Notes: generated by a model not told the origin, from the sequence alone. 64,000 bases of DNA from Candidatus Omnitrophota bacterium (GCA_035403965.1 DAONGE010000001.1:11475-75474), one strand, 5' to 3'. Numbered from the stretch's first letter, positions 18,659-33,900 are shown. Translations and numbers: made by a program.

Positions 18659-18807
18659 ATGAGATCTAATGTGATTTTAGCACTTGTGCCGGGTTTTGTA
18701 AAGGGCGTGTATACGGTTAGGAAGAACGGGTTCATGTCCAACGTAGCTTTGTATATGGGCTTCCGTTCGGTTGAATGGGCGGAACGAGAAAGTTTGGGTG
18801 GATGCGG

Positions 18808-18856
18808 TTTCCCGGGTTTAGCTTTGTGAGCAAACCGGGGTTAGCTTTGCGTGCGA
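18808..18856. promoter_or_regulatory. adjacent direct repeat GGGTTTAGCTTTGTGAGC / GGGGTTAGCTTTGCGTGC in the divergent promoter region
   Basis: Two 18-bp near-identical units separated by 5 nt, in the gap between the YkgJ-like operon and giant gene 1. Candidate tandem regulator-binding site. Confidence 0.3.
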
Positions 18857-18917
18857 GGGGTTGGAAAGGAAGAACATCCAATAATGTTAGAATATAAAAC
18901 ATTAAGATATTTTAAGA

Positions 18918-18946
18918 TTACAAAAAGCGGTCTGATGTGATATAAT
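18918..18946 (+). promoter_or_regulatory. candidate sigma70 promoter of giant gene 1
   Basis: TTACAA, 17-nt spacer, TGATATAAT (extended -10, 18938-18946), about 50 nt upstream of ATG 18998. Confidence 0.4.
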
Positions 18947-18997
18947 CGAGAAATTGCTAGTTAGCGAAAAGAATATTTAGATAATTTTGAAACCACT

Positions 18998-21900
18998 ATG
19001 CCTAATTATTTAAAAAAGATTATATCAATAGTAATAATCGTGACCTTTGTAGCGGATCCCAACATCGCATTGGCCGCTGATTCTGGCATATTCAACAAAC
19101 AGAATGATTCCAGCACGCTTTCCCCCACACTTAGAATGAAATCGATCGATGTGAACAAAGAAGAAAAAGCCTTGAATACAACCGGGATAGATGAAAAGGA
19201 TAATATATCTGAGGATTTCAGAGCGCAAAGCCGCTTTTTATATGTCGCCGGAGAGATCGGAAAAGCCATAGCGAAAAAAGAACAGTTAAAGTTGCCCATG
19301 GATGATATCCAACGGATCATCATCGAGAAGGTTCCAGACATAGATGCAACGGGATTCAATTACAAAAAAATAGGACTTAAAGAGGGAAGGTATAGTCTTG
19401 ATTATGTTGACAATGACAAGCCGTTGTTGACGCTAAATTATTATTTCGTAAAGGGCGATCTTGCCCAGGGTCAGATCAAAGTTGCCGATGTCAGCGAAAA
19501 AGGGTTGTTGGTCTTTGAATGCAATATGCCGGGCATGGATGGGATCGCGAGCATAAAAGAAAAAGAAACCAGCGAACCTAAAATACAAAACAGTGTACAT
19601 AAGCGTATTAGAATGTCCAAAGATGAAAAACGAGATGTAGGAGAAATAAACGCTCAAAATAATGGTATAGACAGAAAGGCGCTTCGATTTACTAACGTGT
19701 TGGAGAAACGGCTGAATAGGGTTTTCACCGCCGCGGCGGTCAGGCAAAAGACAGGAAGAAAGGTGGAGATCAAGATAACACCGGTTTTGAGGTACGGGAA
19801 CAACGAAGCGGCGGCTTGGACCCGCGGCTTCACAATGCGTGCAACACGTTCAGATATGACCATAATCCATGAGTATAGTATGGTTTTTGACAGGACAGAT
19901 CTTAAGGAATTTCTATTTACCGTGAGGCACGATATTTCCAGGATAGAGGGACTTAATGATATCGCGGATATTCCGGAGTGGGAAGATCTGATGTATGACC
20001 TTGCCCTTCAGCCCAGAACTATGGATGAAGCGACAGTAGTGAATACCGCGCAGATGGAAATAACGAAACGATATTATCGTTTCAATGATCCGGAAAATCT
20101 TTATGTCGAACATCCGGCGCCTGTTATCTTCTTTTCACCAGTAGTGAACTTACTAGATATATTCCCGATAACCGTGATGATGGATATAGATGGTAAGCCT
20201 TTTTATTTTCTGGAAAGAAATCTCGGGCTTGTTGGGCTTACAATGAATTCCGGGGTTCCTCACATGGTAAGGTTCACGCAGTTTGAATATGCCGGGCGTA
20301 TCCGCAACGGTATTGAGATCGTCAGATTCACGGATAACTATGAACCGACAGCCTTTATTCTTAGAGGGTACATCGATCTGGAAAAGGGTTTTCAGATAAT
20401 CCATTATACACGGGAAGAAAACGAGATGAACAAGATACGGCTTCCCGGTATGCGTAACGAGGTATTGGAAATCGAAGCTATGTGTAATCTTTGGCCGAGA
20501 TTATCGGAAGAAATTACTCGTGATAAAACAGAAACAATGACGTCGGAAGAGAATAAGAAAAATAAAAAACCGGAACTTGCTCCGCTATACCGTGATATGG
20601 GCGTTATTCTCGGAACTTTGGTCGGCGCGGGACTTCTTTACGGGCAATTCGGTATCACGGGTATCCCTGTGGCGGCGGCTATTTCGGTGCTGACCTTGCT
20701 GCCGGGCTGGCTTATACATGAAATAGGGCATCTGATCGGCAGGCCATTCGGGAAAGAGGCGGAGATCAGGGCCGGGCCGATAGCGAGTTTGTTGCTTTTC
20801 AGCGCCGCTATCATACCGGCCATAGTGCTGCATTCGTACGGTTTTCCAAGCGTTATAATAGATGTCGCCGCGGCGAATTATTTTGTGCATATATTTGCCG
20901 ACGGCCAGTCGCTGCTCAAGCGATCCGGATTTTTGCATCCGGAAGATGTGAATGATGCAAATATCCCGGAGCGTGAAGATCAGGATGAACTAACTCCCGG
21001 CCAGAAATTAATTAATAAAATCAAGGAAGTTTCCGCAAGAGGATTGGCCGATTATGGTGTCATAAAAACACCGTTGATACCGCTTGATAAAATAAGCGGG
21101 ATGATGAGTTTCAATAGAAAAGAAAGAAAAGTGTTCTTAAAAGACGAGGCCTGGCAAACCGGAGGCTCGTTTAAAGCCCGCGGGGTATCAGTCGAGGTTG
21201 ACGATGCGATCAGGTCAAGGATAGAAGCCATTATAGCGGAGGAACCGCATCTTCAGGAAATAAAAGCTTCTGGGAAAACACCATTAAAAGAGAGACCGTT
21301 CTATATAGTTACGCAAACCACCGGTAATCACGGTATCGCGCTTATAAACGCTGTTAACGTGGCGATAAAAATATATTCCGAGAAATATCCGGAGTATAAG
21401 GAAGCGATAACTAATTTCGAGCCGGTCATATTTACTATAAAAAATCTTCCGGAGATAAAGTTTAAATTGATGACCGAAGCGGTGGAGATATACAGAAAAA
21501 CCAGCGGAAAAACAGAAAGCGAAACAATCAGGAATTATTACGAAAATTACAACAAAGCGCTGACTGCCAGAGAGGAATTTTTACGAGAGCATTCTGAAGA
21601 CGCGGTGTATATGGAACACGGCGGTCTTGCCATAATGGCCGGACACGCGACGGCCGGGATAGAAATAGACGAGCAGCTTACCGAGGAATTCGGGATAGGG
21701 AAAGACAAAAACGTAGTTGTGATAGTGCCTGTCGGTGCCGGCGGTCCTATAGGGATAGGTGCGGGTGTAAAACTTAATGGACGGAATGTGACCTTTATCG
21801 CGGTCGGGACTAAGGAGTATGACGCGATCATTCGAAGCATAGATTCCAGCAAGGTGGAATGGAACAAAGCGAATCCTTCTCCCACGGCGTTTATAAAAGG

Positions 21901-24900
21901 TAAGCCTATCATATATCCTGACGGGATTGCGGTTGATAAATCCGAAAAAAGCGCCGTAGACGTTGCACGTGATTTTGTTGACGAGAAATTTGTGACAAGC
22001 GATAAGAAAGGACTTAACAGGGCCGCGCCGCTTTTATATTCAGACCTTGAAAGTTATTACATGGAACGCGCGAAACCTCTTGCTGTCGGAGGAACGACAG
22101 CCGCTACGCTTGAGGCCCTGATCGAAAATAAAGGTAATGAGATTATGAAAAACGCCGATGTCATAGTGCTTTTCGGCACAGAGGGTAACGTAGACCCTGA
22201 TATAACGGAATACATTTATGGCCTGAATTCCGGCAACGAACCGTTAAAATTCGGCGAAAACGGAGAGCTGACCACTCAGCTGATCGGCAAACTTAAGGGA
22301 TATGACATAGCGGCCAGAGAGAACATACATGGACAGCGGTATAGTCAGGCTGAAGTTTTTATTGAAAAACAGCGATGGGTGCTTAAGAATGCGGCTGCGT
22401 GGGATAAAGAGGCTGTTGATCAGGCCCGGTATGTAATAGGGAATTATCTGAGTTTAGTGAATAGCTATTGTCGGGCCATGAAGAATGAAAACGATCAGAA
22501 AATAAAAACAGACATGATCGAGAGTTGCGAAAAGTTACTGAAAAACACAACCAGCCTGTATGAAAAATTTAAGCGAGAAGGGAAGATCCTCGGGTGTGGT
22601 GCGTACATTATCAGCGCGTACACGAACCTTGCGGGACAATATGGGAATGAGGATTTTTATAAGATCGAAAGACTATTGGATACGGCTAAGGAAATATTGG
22701 ATCAGGGTGCCGCAGACCGATATGGGGATATTACCACAGAAGGGGCGAGAGAGGTCATTCCGCCTATAACAAAACAAGCGGAGTTCATTATAACCGGGTA
22801 TATGAAATTGGCCGGTAAGATGAAGTGGCAGGATGACTTTGCCAATGCTTTGAGAATAGCTGAAAAAGCCAGGGATCTGTTGGCCAAATATAGAGACGCG
22901 CCCGGTGTGGAAAATGTGTTTTACGATGTTGGTATTTTTTATGTTAATTTGGCAGCTATATACAGGGATCGTTTTCGGGATATTGTTTTTTCAATGGCGA
23001 TGCTGATGAAGGCAGAGTCTATCCGCATAGAGTTTGGAGAATATAACAGCGCCCAAAAAGGGCATAGTACAGGGAATAGGGCATTATCAAGTTCGATTAT
23101 AAATGGTTATACGTTAACTGCCAGGAAGTTTTCAGAGAAGAAACAATATGCGGCCGCGGTACATGCCATAAGGAGATCCGGGGTCCTTACCTGGCGTTAC
23201 GGGACCGATGAATATAAAGAAAATCGTGATATCGTTGGTTTGATGGTTCTTGCCAATGCAGTATCTAATATTTTGCGAAGAGATGTTCTTGAGAACAAAC
23301 AGGAGTATCTAAATAACTTGAACGACGCTAAGCGTATTTTATGGATATCCGCGCAAGTGCTAAGGAAATACGACACGCCAAGCGTAAAAGCGCAGGTGGA
23401 ATATTTGGTAAGCGCGTATACGAATCTGTCCTATTCATATAAAACGGTTGGAGAATATGGTTTATGTGGAGATGTTTTGGAGAGGGTCGAGCGTATATTG
23501 CGGTCGTATCCGGATCAGCAAAGCGTGAGAGATCAAGCCGAGTTTGTTGTGAGTAGTTTCGCGAACCTGGCAGGGGCATACAGAGAGGCCGGGGATCTTG
23601 AAACGGCCGAAAAATTTCTAAATAGAGCATATAAAGTATTTTTAAATTTTATCGGAGAGTACAGCGTACAGAGGCAAAAAAAGTTCATGATAGACGATCA
23701 TATGCGTCTCAGCCAGGCTTTTGAAGTGAAAGGCGATCGACAGAAAGCAGTGGAATTGTCCGACAAAGCGTTAAAAATAGCGCAAACGAAGTTAGATGTG
23801 GAGAAACATAAGCGTCTGCGCGCGATGGGACCGATACCTTTCGAGATGTTCATCGTTTTTCTGGCATACGGGAGCATTTACAAACATCGTAAGGAGATTA
23901 TTGATTTTATCCATTCAAAAGGTTATTTGCGCCTGGAAAAAGCCGTACGTTTGTTAATACCGGACTTATCCAAATACCGCGTGACTGAATGGTTGCATGA
24001 AAGTCTTCAGAATATATCCATAGGATTAACGATCAAACCGGTCGCGATAGATCAGGGCATGTGGGATCTTGAGCAAAGAATACCTGAAAGAGGCCAAAGC
24101 GAAGAAGCGAAATTCATAGAGATGTTTGGAGGGCATTCCGAGGAAGTTCTTGAATTTATAACCGAGGAACGAAATTGTTCCGAGATATCCGGGTTTTCTA
24201 TAAAGAACGTAAAACATTTTGAAACGGCCGAAAATGTTTCGCGGAATGTATACCGGATCGAGCTGGTATTGAAAGGCGGTCACAACCATGTGTTCTATGT
24301 TAGGGAATACAGATCGACTGACGGGGAATCCCAGATAGGCGAGCTTGATTGGATAACAGGGCCTATACGACGCATGACCGATAGGGTTGAAAAAGCCGCG
24401 GCGGCAGGAATGGTGGCGCCGTATGCTCGACTGTTTATCGATCGTGGAAGATGCCTATTCGTACAGGACGAGGCCCAGGGGATACCGGTAAAAGAATTTA
24501 TAAAAGACGAGGAAACCGCGCTATTGGCCGCCGAATCGATAGGTTATGCGCTTGGGCGTTTACATGGCTTAGGAATAGAACACGGTGATCTGGAAATAGA
24601 GAGAAAAGGAAGCCCGGAACATAATCATATTTTCATTCATGAAGAGAACGATGGGGTCACGGCGAATTTTATAGATTTTTATGAAAGGCCTTTTTCTTTT
24701 TGGAGAAGAGGCAAGGTTAAAATATTTGGCGAAGAAGATGACCTGCTCAATAAGCTTGAAAAATATGTGTTCGGAAAGATAGGCAGTGAAAATCGGGCGG
24801 AAAATGAAATCGCGGATGTATTTACCAAGGCCTACATAAAGGGCAATGTTTCCGTGGGGGAAAAATACAGGCCAAGTCTTGTCGCCAAGATAAAAATGGC

Positions 24901-27900
24901 TTTAGGGAAATTTAAAGAAAAAGTCGCAGATCGTATGCTAGTGCATAAAATCATGGCGAATTCGGTAGAAGCTATACATGATGAAGAGAGGCTAATTGAA
25001 GCCTCTGGCGGTGAAGCGCGTATTGTGAGGAGCGCAAATCATGGCACGCAGGGTACAGTGCAGACTGGCGAGGCAGATGGAGAAAATATTGTCGCGGCGG
25101 ATAACGAGAAAAATGAGGGAACCGTAACAGCAGTAAATGGGGCCGTTGTTTTGGGATTTTCACAGGCGAATTGTTGGACCCCGCTTGCGTTGTATGCCGG
25201 CCTTTTGATCTACAGTGAATTGTATAAGCACCGGAAAGCTATCATAGACTTCATCCATTCAAAAGGCTATTTGCGCCTGGAAAAAGGCGTACGTATCCTG
25301 CTGCCGGATCTTTCCAAATACCGCGTTACAAGGATGTTCCACAAAAGTTTGATGAATATGTCAATAGGGGGAACGATCAAAGAGACTGATGAATCCAACA
25401 AATACGATCTAGAAATAAGAGCCAGGCTTAGTGAAGTTGATGCATATATCGGCAGTAATGAGCTGGACAGCGCGGAGAAAGCTTTGAAACGGGCACAATC
25501 TATATTGTTCAAATATGTAGGATTATATCCCGATGACGCAAATATCAGATACATCGTCCTGCAATTTATTTCCGCATATGGAAGCCTTGCGGAAAATGCC
25601 ATTAGTGTCGGAGATTCAAGGGAATCATTGGAAATGGCGTTTCGTGCGTATAATGCCCAGTACAGGATATTGTCTTTAAAAGCTGTTCAGGAGGAAGATC
25701 GTAACAAACTGGTTGTACATGCGATGGTGGGTATCGCAAAACTTTGCGGATCATTTTTGGATTTAAGCTCAGGAGCACAGATAGCGCGAGCATGCGCAAT
25801 GGCAGAGAGGGCACAGGAAATATTTACGGAAAACAGGAATATTCAGAAGGTAAAAAAGAGAGCGGCGACTTGCGTAAAGGCCTTTTGTAAAGTGTCCGAA
25901 GCATACAGTAAATCCGAAAAATACGACGATGCATTGTCAATGGTCGACAAAGCCGCGAGGGCGTTAAAGAATAATGAGAAGGAAAAAGGTGTGAGGGGTT
26001 TGATGCGGGAAGTTGTGCGTTTGTATATGTCCGGTCTTGATGAAATGTGCGGGAATGAGGATAAATTAAAAAAACTCATGAATGAATTTAGGGATAGGTT
26101 GAAGTCAGATCCGTCGGATCCGGTAACAGAAATGATATTTGCGTATATGATGCTGATCTCCGGCAATACAAGTAACGCTGTGGCTTATGCTATGGACGGG
26201 ATAACCAATAGTGACAATGTATTATTGGATATCGGCAATCAAATCGTTCGCACAGGGAATATGATAGAGATGATCGGAAAAGTCCAGGATGCGGCGGAAC
26301 TGATCGATCTGAGGATAAGAATAGAAGAAGAGCTTTCTCCGGGGAATTTGAAGGATAGATGTATTAGCGAATGGGATAAGAGAAATGCGCAGCTTGGCGG
26401 ATCAGAATATGTTGCTTTAAATAAACAGGAGCATGTATTGACTGTACCCGGGGATGGGGCAAAAACAGTGTTAAATAGTGTTTCGGTTCAAGAAGGCGAA
26501 AAACGAAATGATTTGCCGAGGCGCGCGTTAATAGAATTGTATAGGCAGATTGATGAGTGCATGAAAGGATTTTATGATGCAGTTTCTCATAATGAAACTG
26601 ATAAGGCTGAAGGCCTGCTTGGCAAAGCTAAAGAGGCACTTGATGAGATCATTGAGGAATACCCGGATGCTCATTATCTGAAAACAAAGTTTCAAACAAT
26701 TTGTATTGGATATATTAAACTTGGCGGAGTTATGGCAGGACAAGACAAATCGATGCAAGACCTATCAAAAGCTTTCCGTGCTTTTAATGCTGAGCATGAA
26801 ATGCTGGTGGATGCGAAATACGCTGCATACAGAGAATTGAAAGACATAGACAATGTATTGATTCGGTTGATGGGGCGATGGAGAAAACTTGGCAGATCAT
26901 TTTTACAATATTCTTCAAAAGAAAGCACGAGTATTGATACAAGCGCAAAAGCGATAGAAAAATCCATAGAAATATTTGACATGTATAAGGCGGGTGGAGG
27001 GTTGCCGATAAGTGCACAGGATTATGTAAACGATCTGTGTGATATTTCTGACGCATATATCTACTCAAAATCTGACAATAAGGCCGAAGAGGCGATGAAA
27101 GCGACAGCCGCAGCCGAAAAACTGGCAATGGACAACAGGTCTGGATACGATTCGATGGAGATGTTATGTAAAGTTATTCGGCAATATCAAAAGTGTATTA
27201 TCATTTCGTGCGATAATATGAAAAATGTAAAGAGGTTGATAAGTGAATTCGGCGGGCGAACAGAAAAGAATAAAATGGATGCGGTAGCGTCAGGCGCGTT
27301 GTCACTGTTATATCTGATATCCGGGGAATCCGCGCAAATGATCGCATGCCTTGACTTGGCTCAGTACAGCATTAATGACCGGATGAAAATACTTGATGAA
27401 GCCGCGAAATTTTTGGACGAGTATTCTAAGCGAAATCCGGATGATAAGACCGCTAATTTTGTGCGCCTCCAAATTTGGGAGCGTTGCAGGGTGCCGGACG
27501 GTTCCACTTTACAGGAAGAAACCGAAGAAGAACATCTAAAAATGTTTCTTAGCCATTTGAACGAACGATATAAACTATTTACGGGATATTGCGAAGTATT
27601 TTTTGATACGAAGAAAGCCGAGTCCCTTGCATGGAAATATATGATCTCTTATACAAGGCTATGCAAATTGTTGCTGGATAAAAATACTGAAGACGGGATC
27701 AAACATGCCGAGGAAGCTGGCACGCTGGCGTTTGAAATATTTGCCAGATACGAGGATAGTATAGAAATCAGCAACCAAAAGAAATATCAAATAGCCAATT
27801 GTCGCAGGCTGTTCAACATATATTTGAAAGGTAATAAACCGGAAGACGCGTTTGTGATGATCGACAGGGAAAGAAGATTGTTCGGACTAGATATGGCTGA

Positions 27901-30900
27901 ACCAGATGTGAGCAGGGAAATAATGACGCAGTATGTCGAAGTAGTTGATAGTGTGAAAGACGATCCCGAAAAGATCAATGACGTTATGGAACGGTTAAAA
28001 GAGATAAGGAAAAACGATGTTTTCGCATCAGCCGTTCTTGCGTATATATGCCTGTGTTTTGGGAAAAATACAGAGCTTAATAGGGAGAACTATATAGATG
28101 ATTTGAGGAAAAGAGGGAACGAATATCTAGCAGAGTTGGCAAGACAAATGACAATTATGCGCGTTCTGATCAAAAAAATTAAGGAAGCGAGTGATATAGG
28201 TGAGATAAATAAGATTGAGAAAGAACGAAAGGAAGAAATATATATTCTGTTTTTACTAAGGATAGGTGAAGAGTGGGAGAAGTTGCAGCGAGAAAAAATG
28301 CGCCGGGGAGAACGACGAAGGGCTGACCAGGACGCTGAATCCGTGGAAAGTCAACAAAAGGTGTCAAAGACGCAAGTAGAAGCGTCCCAAGTGGTGGTGC
28401 CTAGTCAGGAAGAATTACCTGTGACGGTTGTTGCGACTGAAACTCCGAAAAAGAGGGATGAGGTGGGTTTGCCTGTGAAAAGTGCAAACACCCCGAGCAA
28501 ATCCGGACGGAAAACGAAAAAAGAAATAGCTTTTGAAAAAAATAAAGGGAGCAAAGATAAGCGGATCGATGAATTGATGGAAGTGATCGATGCTAAAAAC
28601 CCGGACGAAGTTATACGGTTGGGAAGGATTTTGGAAGAAAAAAGGAAAAAGTCTGTAAGAAAAGGAGATGCAAAGGGCACGGAAAGATTAGAACAGGCTA
28701 TTGTAAAAGGAGAAGGCTTTTTGAAAAGAATTGGATTAGATGGCAGTGCGATCCGCGCACATGCTGTTATGCCTTTTGGGTTTGCTCAGGCAGATTCATG
28801 GGCGCCTCTCTGTCTTTATGCCGGACTTTTAATTTACACCGCGCTGTATAAACACCGCGAAGCTATCATAGATTTCATTCATTCAAAAGGCTATTTGCGT
28901 TTGGAAAAAGGCGTACGTATCATCCTGCCCGACTTTTCCAAATACCGCATTACAAGGGCGTTACATGAAAGTTTACTTAACGCATCGATAGGATTAACGA
29001 TCAAACGGATCAAAAATAAAACCGCAGGTATTTCGTCATCCGAATTGTCTGTTGAAGAAGCAGCCGGGTTGTTGACCGCATGGATAAACACGCCCCCTGA
29101 AGAAAGGATAAAATCAGTGTTTCAGCCTGTATGGAGTCAGGACAACTCTTTGTTGGGAAAATACAACACCAACGGACAAAAGGTAACAGTTACTCCGGCG
29201 GTGTTGTATTTTGATCCTATGCTTGCGATAGCTAAAAGCATAATTACATATAAAGAAAAAGAACCTCAAGAGGCTGAAAGATATGTAATTCAGGCTATGT
29301 CCGGAAAAGCGTTTGAAGAGTTGTGTCAGAAAGATGTTCGAGATGCATTGATAAGCTGCGGATATGATGCCTTTTTTAAGAATGGAACGATAGAACTGGT
29401 GGAAAAAGAGGGAAGAGAAGAACTGTTATATCCAAACGGAACTAATGTGGCGATTTTTCCGGGATCATTGCTTGGATTTGTAACGGCGTTATACTGGGCA
29501 AAAGAAGGCAGGTTTGGGGAAGTAAACATGCTGATTGTTCCTCCGGTAAACGGTCTTTGTTTTGGGGAAAATAATCCCGATAAACTCTATGCGAAACGAG
29601 CAATTTTTATCAATCGGGAAAATCATATTGTAAAGGTAGAGTTTAAAGATCTGCTTCCGATTCACGGTCTTGCCTATGCCGGGATTTATAGTAACCCGGC
29701 GACAATGAATGAGATAATGTCAAAAGATTTTCCGGTTATTAATTTGCCGATTATTATAGAAATGGCACAGGATAAAGAGTTATTCAATACTTTCTTAAAA
29801 AATAACGGTATCTCTGTCCCGGAACAGTTGGCGATCGATATTGATGATACGAGAAACATCAAAAGCCGGATGACGGATTTCATTAAAAACTTAAAAAGAA
29901 AAGATGGAATTGTAGTTAAGCCATTTGCCGCTTCGGGAGGGCAGGATGTGTTGATGTTCCGGAATGATGAAATAGACAAAGCGGCCGGTCATTGTAAAAA
30001 ACTGCTAAAAAAGGGGAACAAAGTTGTTGTGGAGGGGCGTATTGTTAATGAAATATGGATTGATAGCAGCCAGGGCCATATCGATTGGAATTTACGTGTG
30101 CTTGCAACATGGGACAACGGTAATATAGTTATAAGCCCGGATTTGATAGAAGTCAGATACCAGAAATTTAGCGACGGACCGGTTAATAAGTCAAAAGGCG
30201 CCGAAGTAATTACATTGAATAAATTTTTTGATATACAAGGTTATTCAAAAAAACAAAGGGAACAATTTCTTCAGGGGGTAAAAGAATTTATTACCGGTGC
30301 TTCAATGGCGATTGAACGTGTCGCGGAGAATAAAAAAGGAAAAAGAGAATATATTAGTAAAGTATCCGGCCTTATTGGGTGGGATATTATGTTGGGGCGG
30401 GACGGAAAATGGAAAGTGATCGAAGCCAATGCCGGCTCAGTTGGAGGGATATCTACTATAGAAAAGCTCCTTCCGATTGAACAAAAAGGCGGCGCGGTTA
30501 TTCCAGTAGCGCGTTATATGGCACAAAATGCTATAGCATACCGTGAAAGATTGTCGAAAATACCACAGGATAAAGAGGGGGAATCGTTCAATGTGATTGC
30601 GGATCCATTTATGATGAATAACCTTGCATGGACGGCAGTAGAAGAATCCTATCTGCAAATTGCAGGAGAGATTGCATGCTATTTGCTTGGCATGAATGAG
30701 CGCCGAAAAGATAATAGTGCAATAAATTTCGATATTTTAGCTAAAGTTTCCCTGATGAGGAAAGATTATAATCAGGCAAAATATTTTGCAGAACAAGCAA
30801 TCAAAATTGACCCTAATGACATCGATATGCAGAGGCAATATGTGTATTGTTTGGCAATGTTGAATGAAAGTGATGAGGTCATTAAGATATGCAAGAGACT

Positions 30901-33900
30901 TGTAAGAAAATATTTGTCAGATTGGTATATATGGACGATTATGGGAGATTCATATCGGCTTAATATGGATGATAAAAAGGCGATAAAAGCTTATGAAAAG
31001 GCGGTGAAAATATACTGTGATAAGGGTCAGACATATTCGAAAATAGGGGATGCATATTCTAGGTTGAAAAATTATGAAAAAAGTGCGGATGCTTTTAGGA
31101 GAGCTTTAGAAGTAAACCCAAATAATAGATATGTATGGGCAAGATTGAGTGATGAATATGAAACTCTTGGATGCAAGGATTTATCAGATTACATTACGGC
31201 CGAAGTGTTTGATAAGCTGGATGAAGGCGAATCGCCAAAAATAGAGTGGTCAAATATACTTGAGCACTTAAAATCTGGGGAAAGGATTGTTGCAACAAAA
31301 CATAGGGAAATGGCGGGCACACATGCTGTTTTTGCATTCGGGCTTGGTCAGGCGAATTGCTGGACCCCTCTTGCGTTGTATGCCGGACTTTTAATTTACA
31401 CCGCGTTGTATAAACACCGCGAAGCTATCATAGATTTCATTCATTCAAAAGGCTATTTGCGTCTGGAAAAAGTCGCACGTATCCTGCTGCCGGATCTTTC
31501 CAGCCTCAAATTCAAAAAATATTTGAGCGAAAAGATCTCTGATCTAACCGCGGACATGATTAATACCATAACCGGTTCTGTCAAAAACAAAGTTGACGGG
31601 AAAAAGATGCAGATCCCGTCCGACAGATTGCCGCGCAAGGCAAGCACGTTTGAACATAACGCGCAGTATGGGGCTAGGGGCAAAGGTCCCGGAGGCATTG
31701 ATCATGGAACAACGGCCGGCGGGAAAAAAATAGACAGCGGAGTGATCACGGAGCAGCGTGCAAAAGAATTTGTCGACAAAAGCGAGTTAACGTTGAAGGG
31801 CGATGACGGCGAAGAATATTTATTCCTGCTACAAAGTCGCGAAGATATGGCCGAAGGCGCATATACAATATCGGTTATAAATAATAAAAGAGAAAGGGTT
31901 GCCAAGCTGGACGTAGGGAAGAATGTTGTAGAAGAGGGTTTTGAGGGAATGTATGATAACGCGATTGTTGTAAGAGAGGATCTTAAAAGGAGGAATATTG
32001 GGGCCATATTGTTCAAATTAGCGATGTATATCGCTAAGGCAGATGGCTTCGAGAAGTTTTTTGTGAACTGGGTGGATAGCGCCAATGAACCTGAGAATGC
32101 GTTTTATACGGCAATAGGTTTTAAGGAAACATATGAGGGTTCCGGAGATTATTATTTTGACCTAAAAGATCTTGTATCCGGAAATAAGACGGTAGAAAAA
32201 ATATCATTCCCACTTTATGACATACAAGTGACCAGAGATCCTGTAACCGGCAGAATGATCCGAGAAGAAGTTTATGATTATATGCCGCTAGCCGCTACTT
32301 CGGAAAAAAGATATTTATATTCAGTCAGAGTGTATGGTCCGGATAGACTTCTTTCCGAAGCCAGATATTACGACAACTCCGGAAAGCTGATAAAGGTCGC
32401 CGCGAATGATTACGAGTTTTTCTCAGACATGTACAGCCGTTGGATGGATATGAATCCGTTTACGGCCAAGGATGTGTTGATTTCCTATGTAGAGCATGCT
32501 AAAGGGAGGGCTCTCAATAATGACGAAATAAAACAGATCGACCGGTTTGTTGTAGCGGTTTTTGATAGGGATCTTATGGGATTTATAAATTCGTACAGTA
32601 AATCTGAAGAAGGGTATCCATATTTTTGTCATAAAGCGGCAGATGATATCTATGATACGTTGCGATCAAAGGGTATAGCTGTGCGGACCGTATGGTATGG
32701 TATTCACAAGGTAGCCGAAGCCGATGTGGCCGGGATAAGATTTGTGCTGGATGGAGCTGCGGCGCAGTTCGAAAAAATGCGAGATAACGCTATCAGTATT
32801 GTAGCCGACGCATTTAGAGGTACTGGAATAGTGATCATTCCGTCGGATCTGGCGCGTGAAATACCGTTTTGTAACCTGATATACAAGAACGATCTTGGGG
32901 GTGGAGAAGTAGGCAAGATTTACGATCCATTAACCGGACGGGAATTCCTATTAAATGCGATGTTTAATTTTCTTCTAGTGAAACAGGAAGGATCGGAAAT
33001 AACGGTTGATCTCGAAACAGGCGGGCCGGTTGTAGGAGAGATAGACTCTAGGCCGGAAGAGCGTCTTCGCGTGCTTAGGGATTATTATACTCTCTCAGAC
33101 AAGCCGGATGAATTTGATAAGTTGTTAGAACGTAGATCTGTAGCCGATCGTGAGATGCTTGAACGGGCGAAAACAGTCGCCGCGTATAACGCGGAGCGCG
33201 GTGAAAAAAGAATGGATCAGCCCGAGCAAGAGCCGGGAAGGATATTTAAGGAGATTTTCGGCGGATCGGCGGAGGAAGTGCTTTATTTTGCCACACAACG
33301 AAGCGACAGGTCGGGGATACTGTCTTTTGTAAGGACGATTCTTAAACATCAGCCGCTGAGGCAATTTGTTGAAATGAACGAATATAGGAACGAAATAGTT
33401 ATGACAAACGGTGTGAAATATGTGTTTGACACAAAGGAATATTCGTTTGATCATGGCAAGGGAGCGAACATAACGGACATCGTTGACGCTGTCGCGGTGT
33501 CGGTCGATAAGACGAGAATGGCTTTCGGTCTTGGGTTTGCCCCTCAAACGGATATGGTGATATTAGGCGGGAAGCTTGTTGTACTACAGGAACCTGTTAA
33601 AGGGGTTATGTTCAGCGGATATGCACAAAGTCCGGCGGATCTTATAAGATCCGTTGAGGCTATAGGATGCGCTCTTGGACAGATGCATAGAAATGGAATA
33701 CTGCACGGGAATATTGAAATATCCGGGGGAAATAAGGAGGAGAGGGAAAGCGTATATATTGACGAGACTTCAGGGGTTCCGAAGGCCTATTTTATTGATT
33801 TCGGGGGCGAGTTGGTAGTGGGCGCGAAAAAAGAATTTCTGGGAGAAAAGAAAAAACTCATCAGCGATATTTTAAAGTACGCCTCTGACCATTTTCCCCG

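Noticed and set aside
18660-18997. tRNA or other small RNA gene in the divergent intergenic region
   Set aside because: No cloverleaf-compatible acceptor/T-arm pairing or conserved GTTC/TTCGA T-loop found by eye. The GC-rich repeats are more consistent with protein-binding sites.
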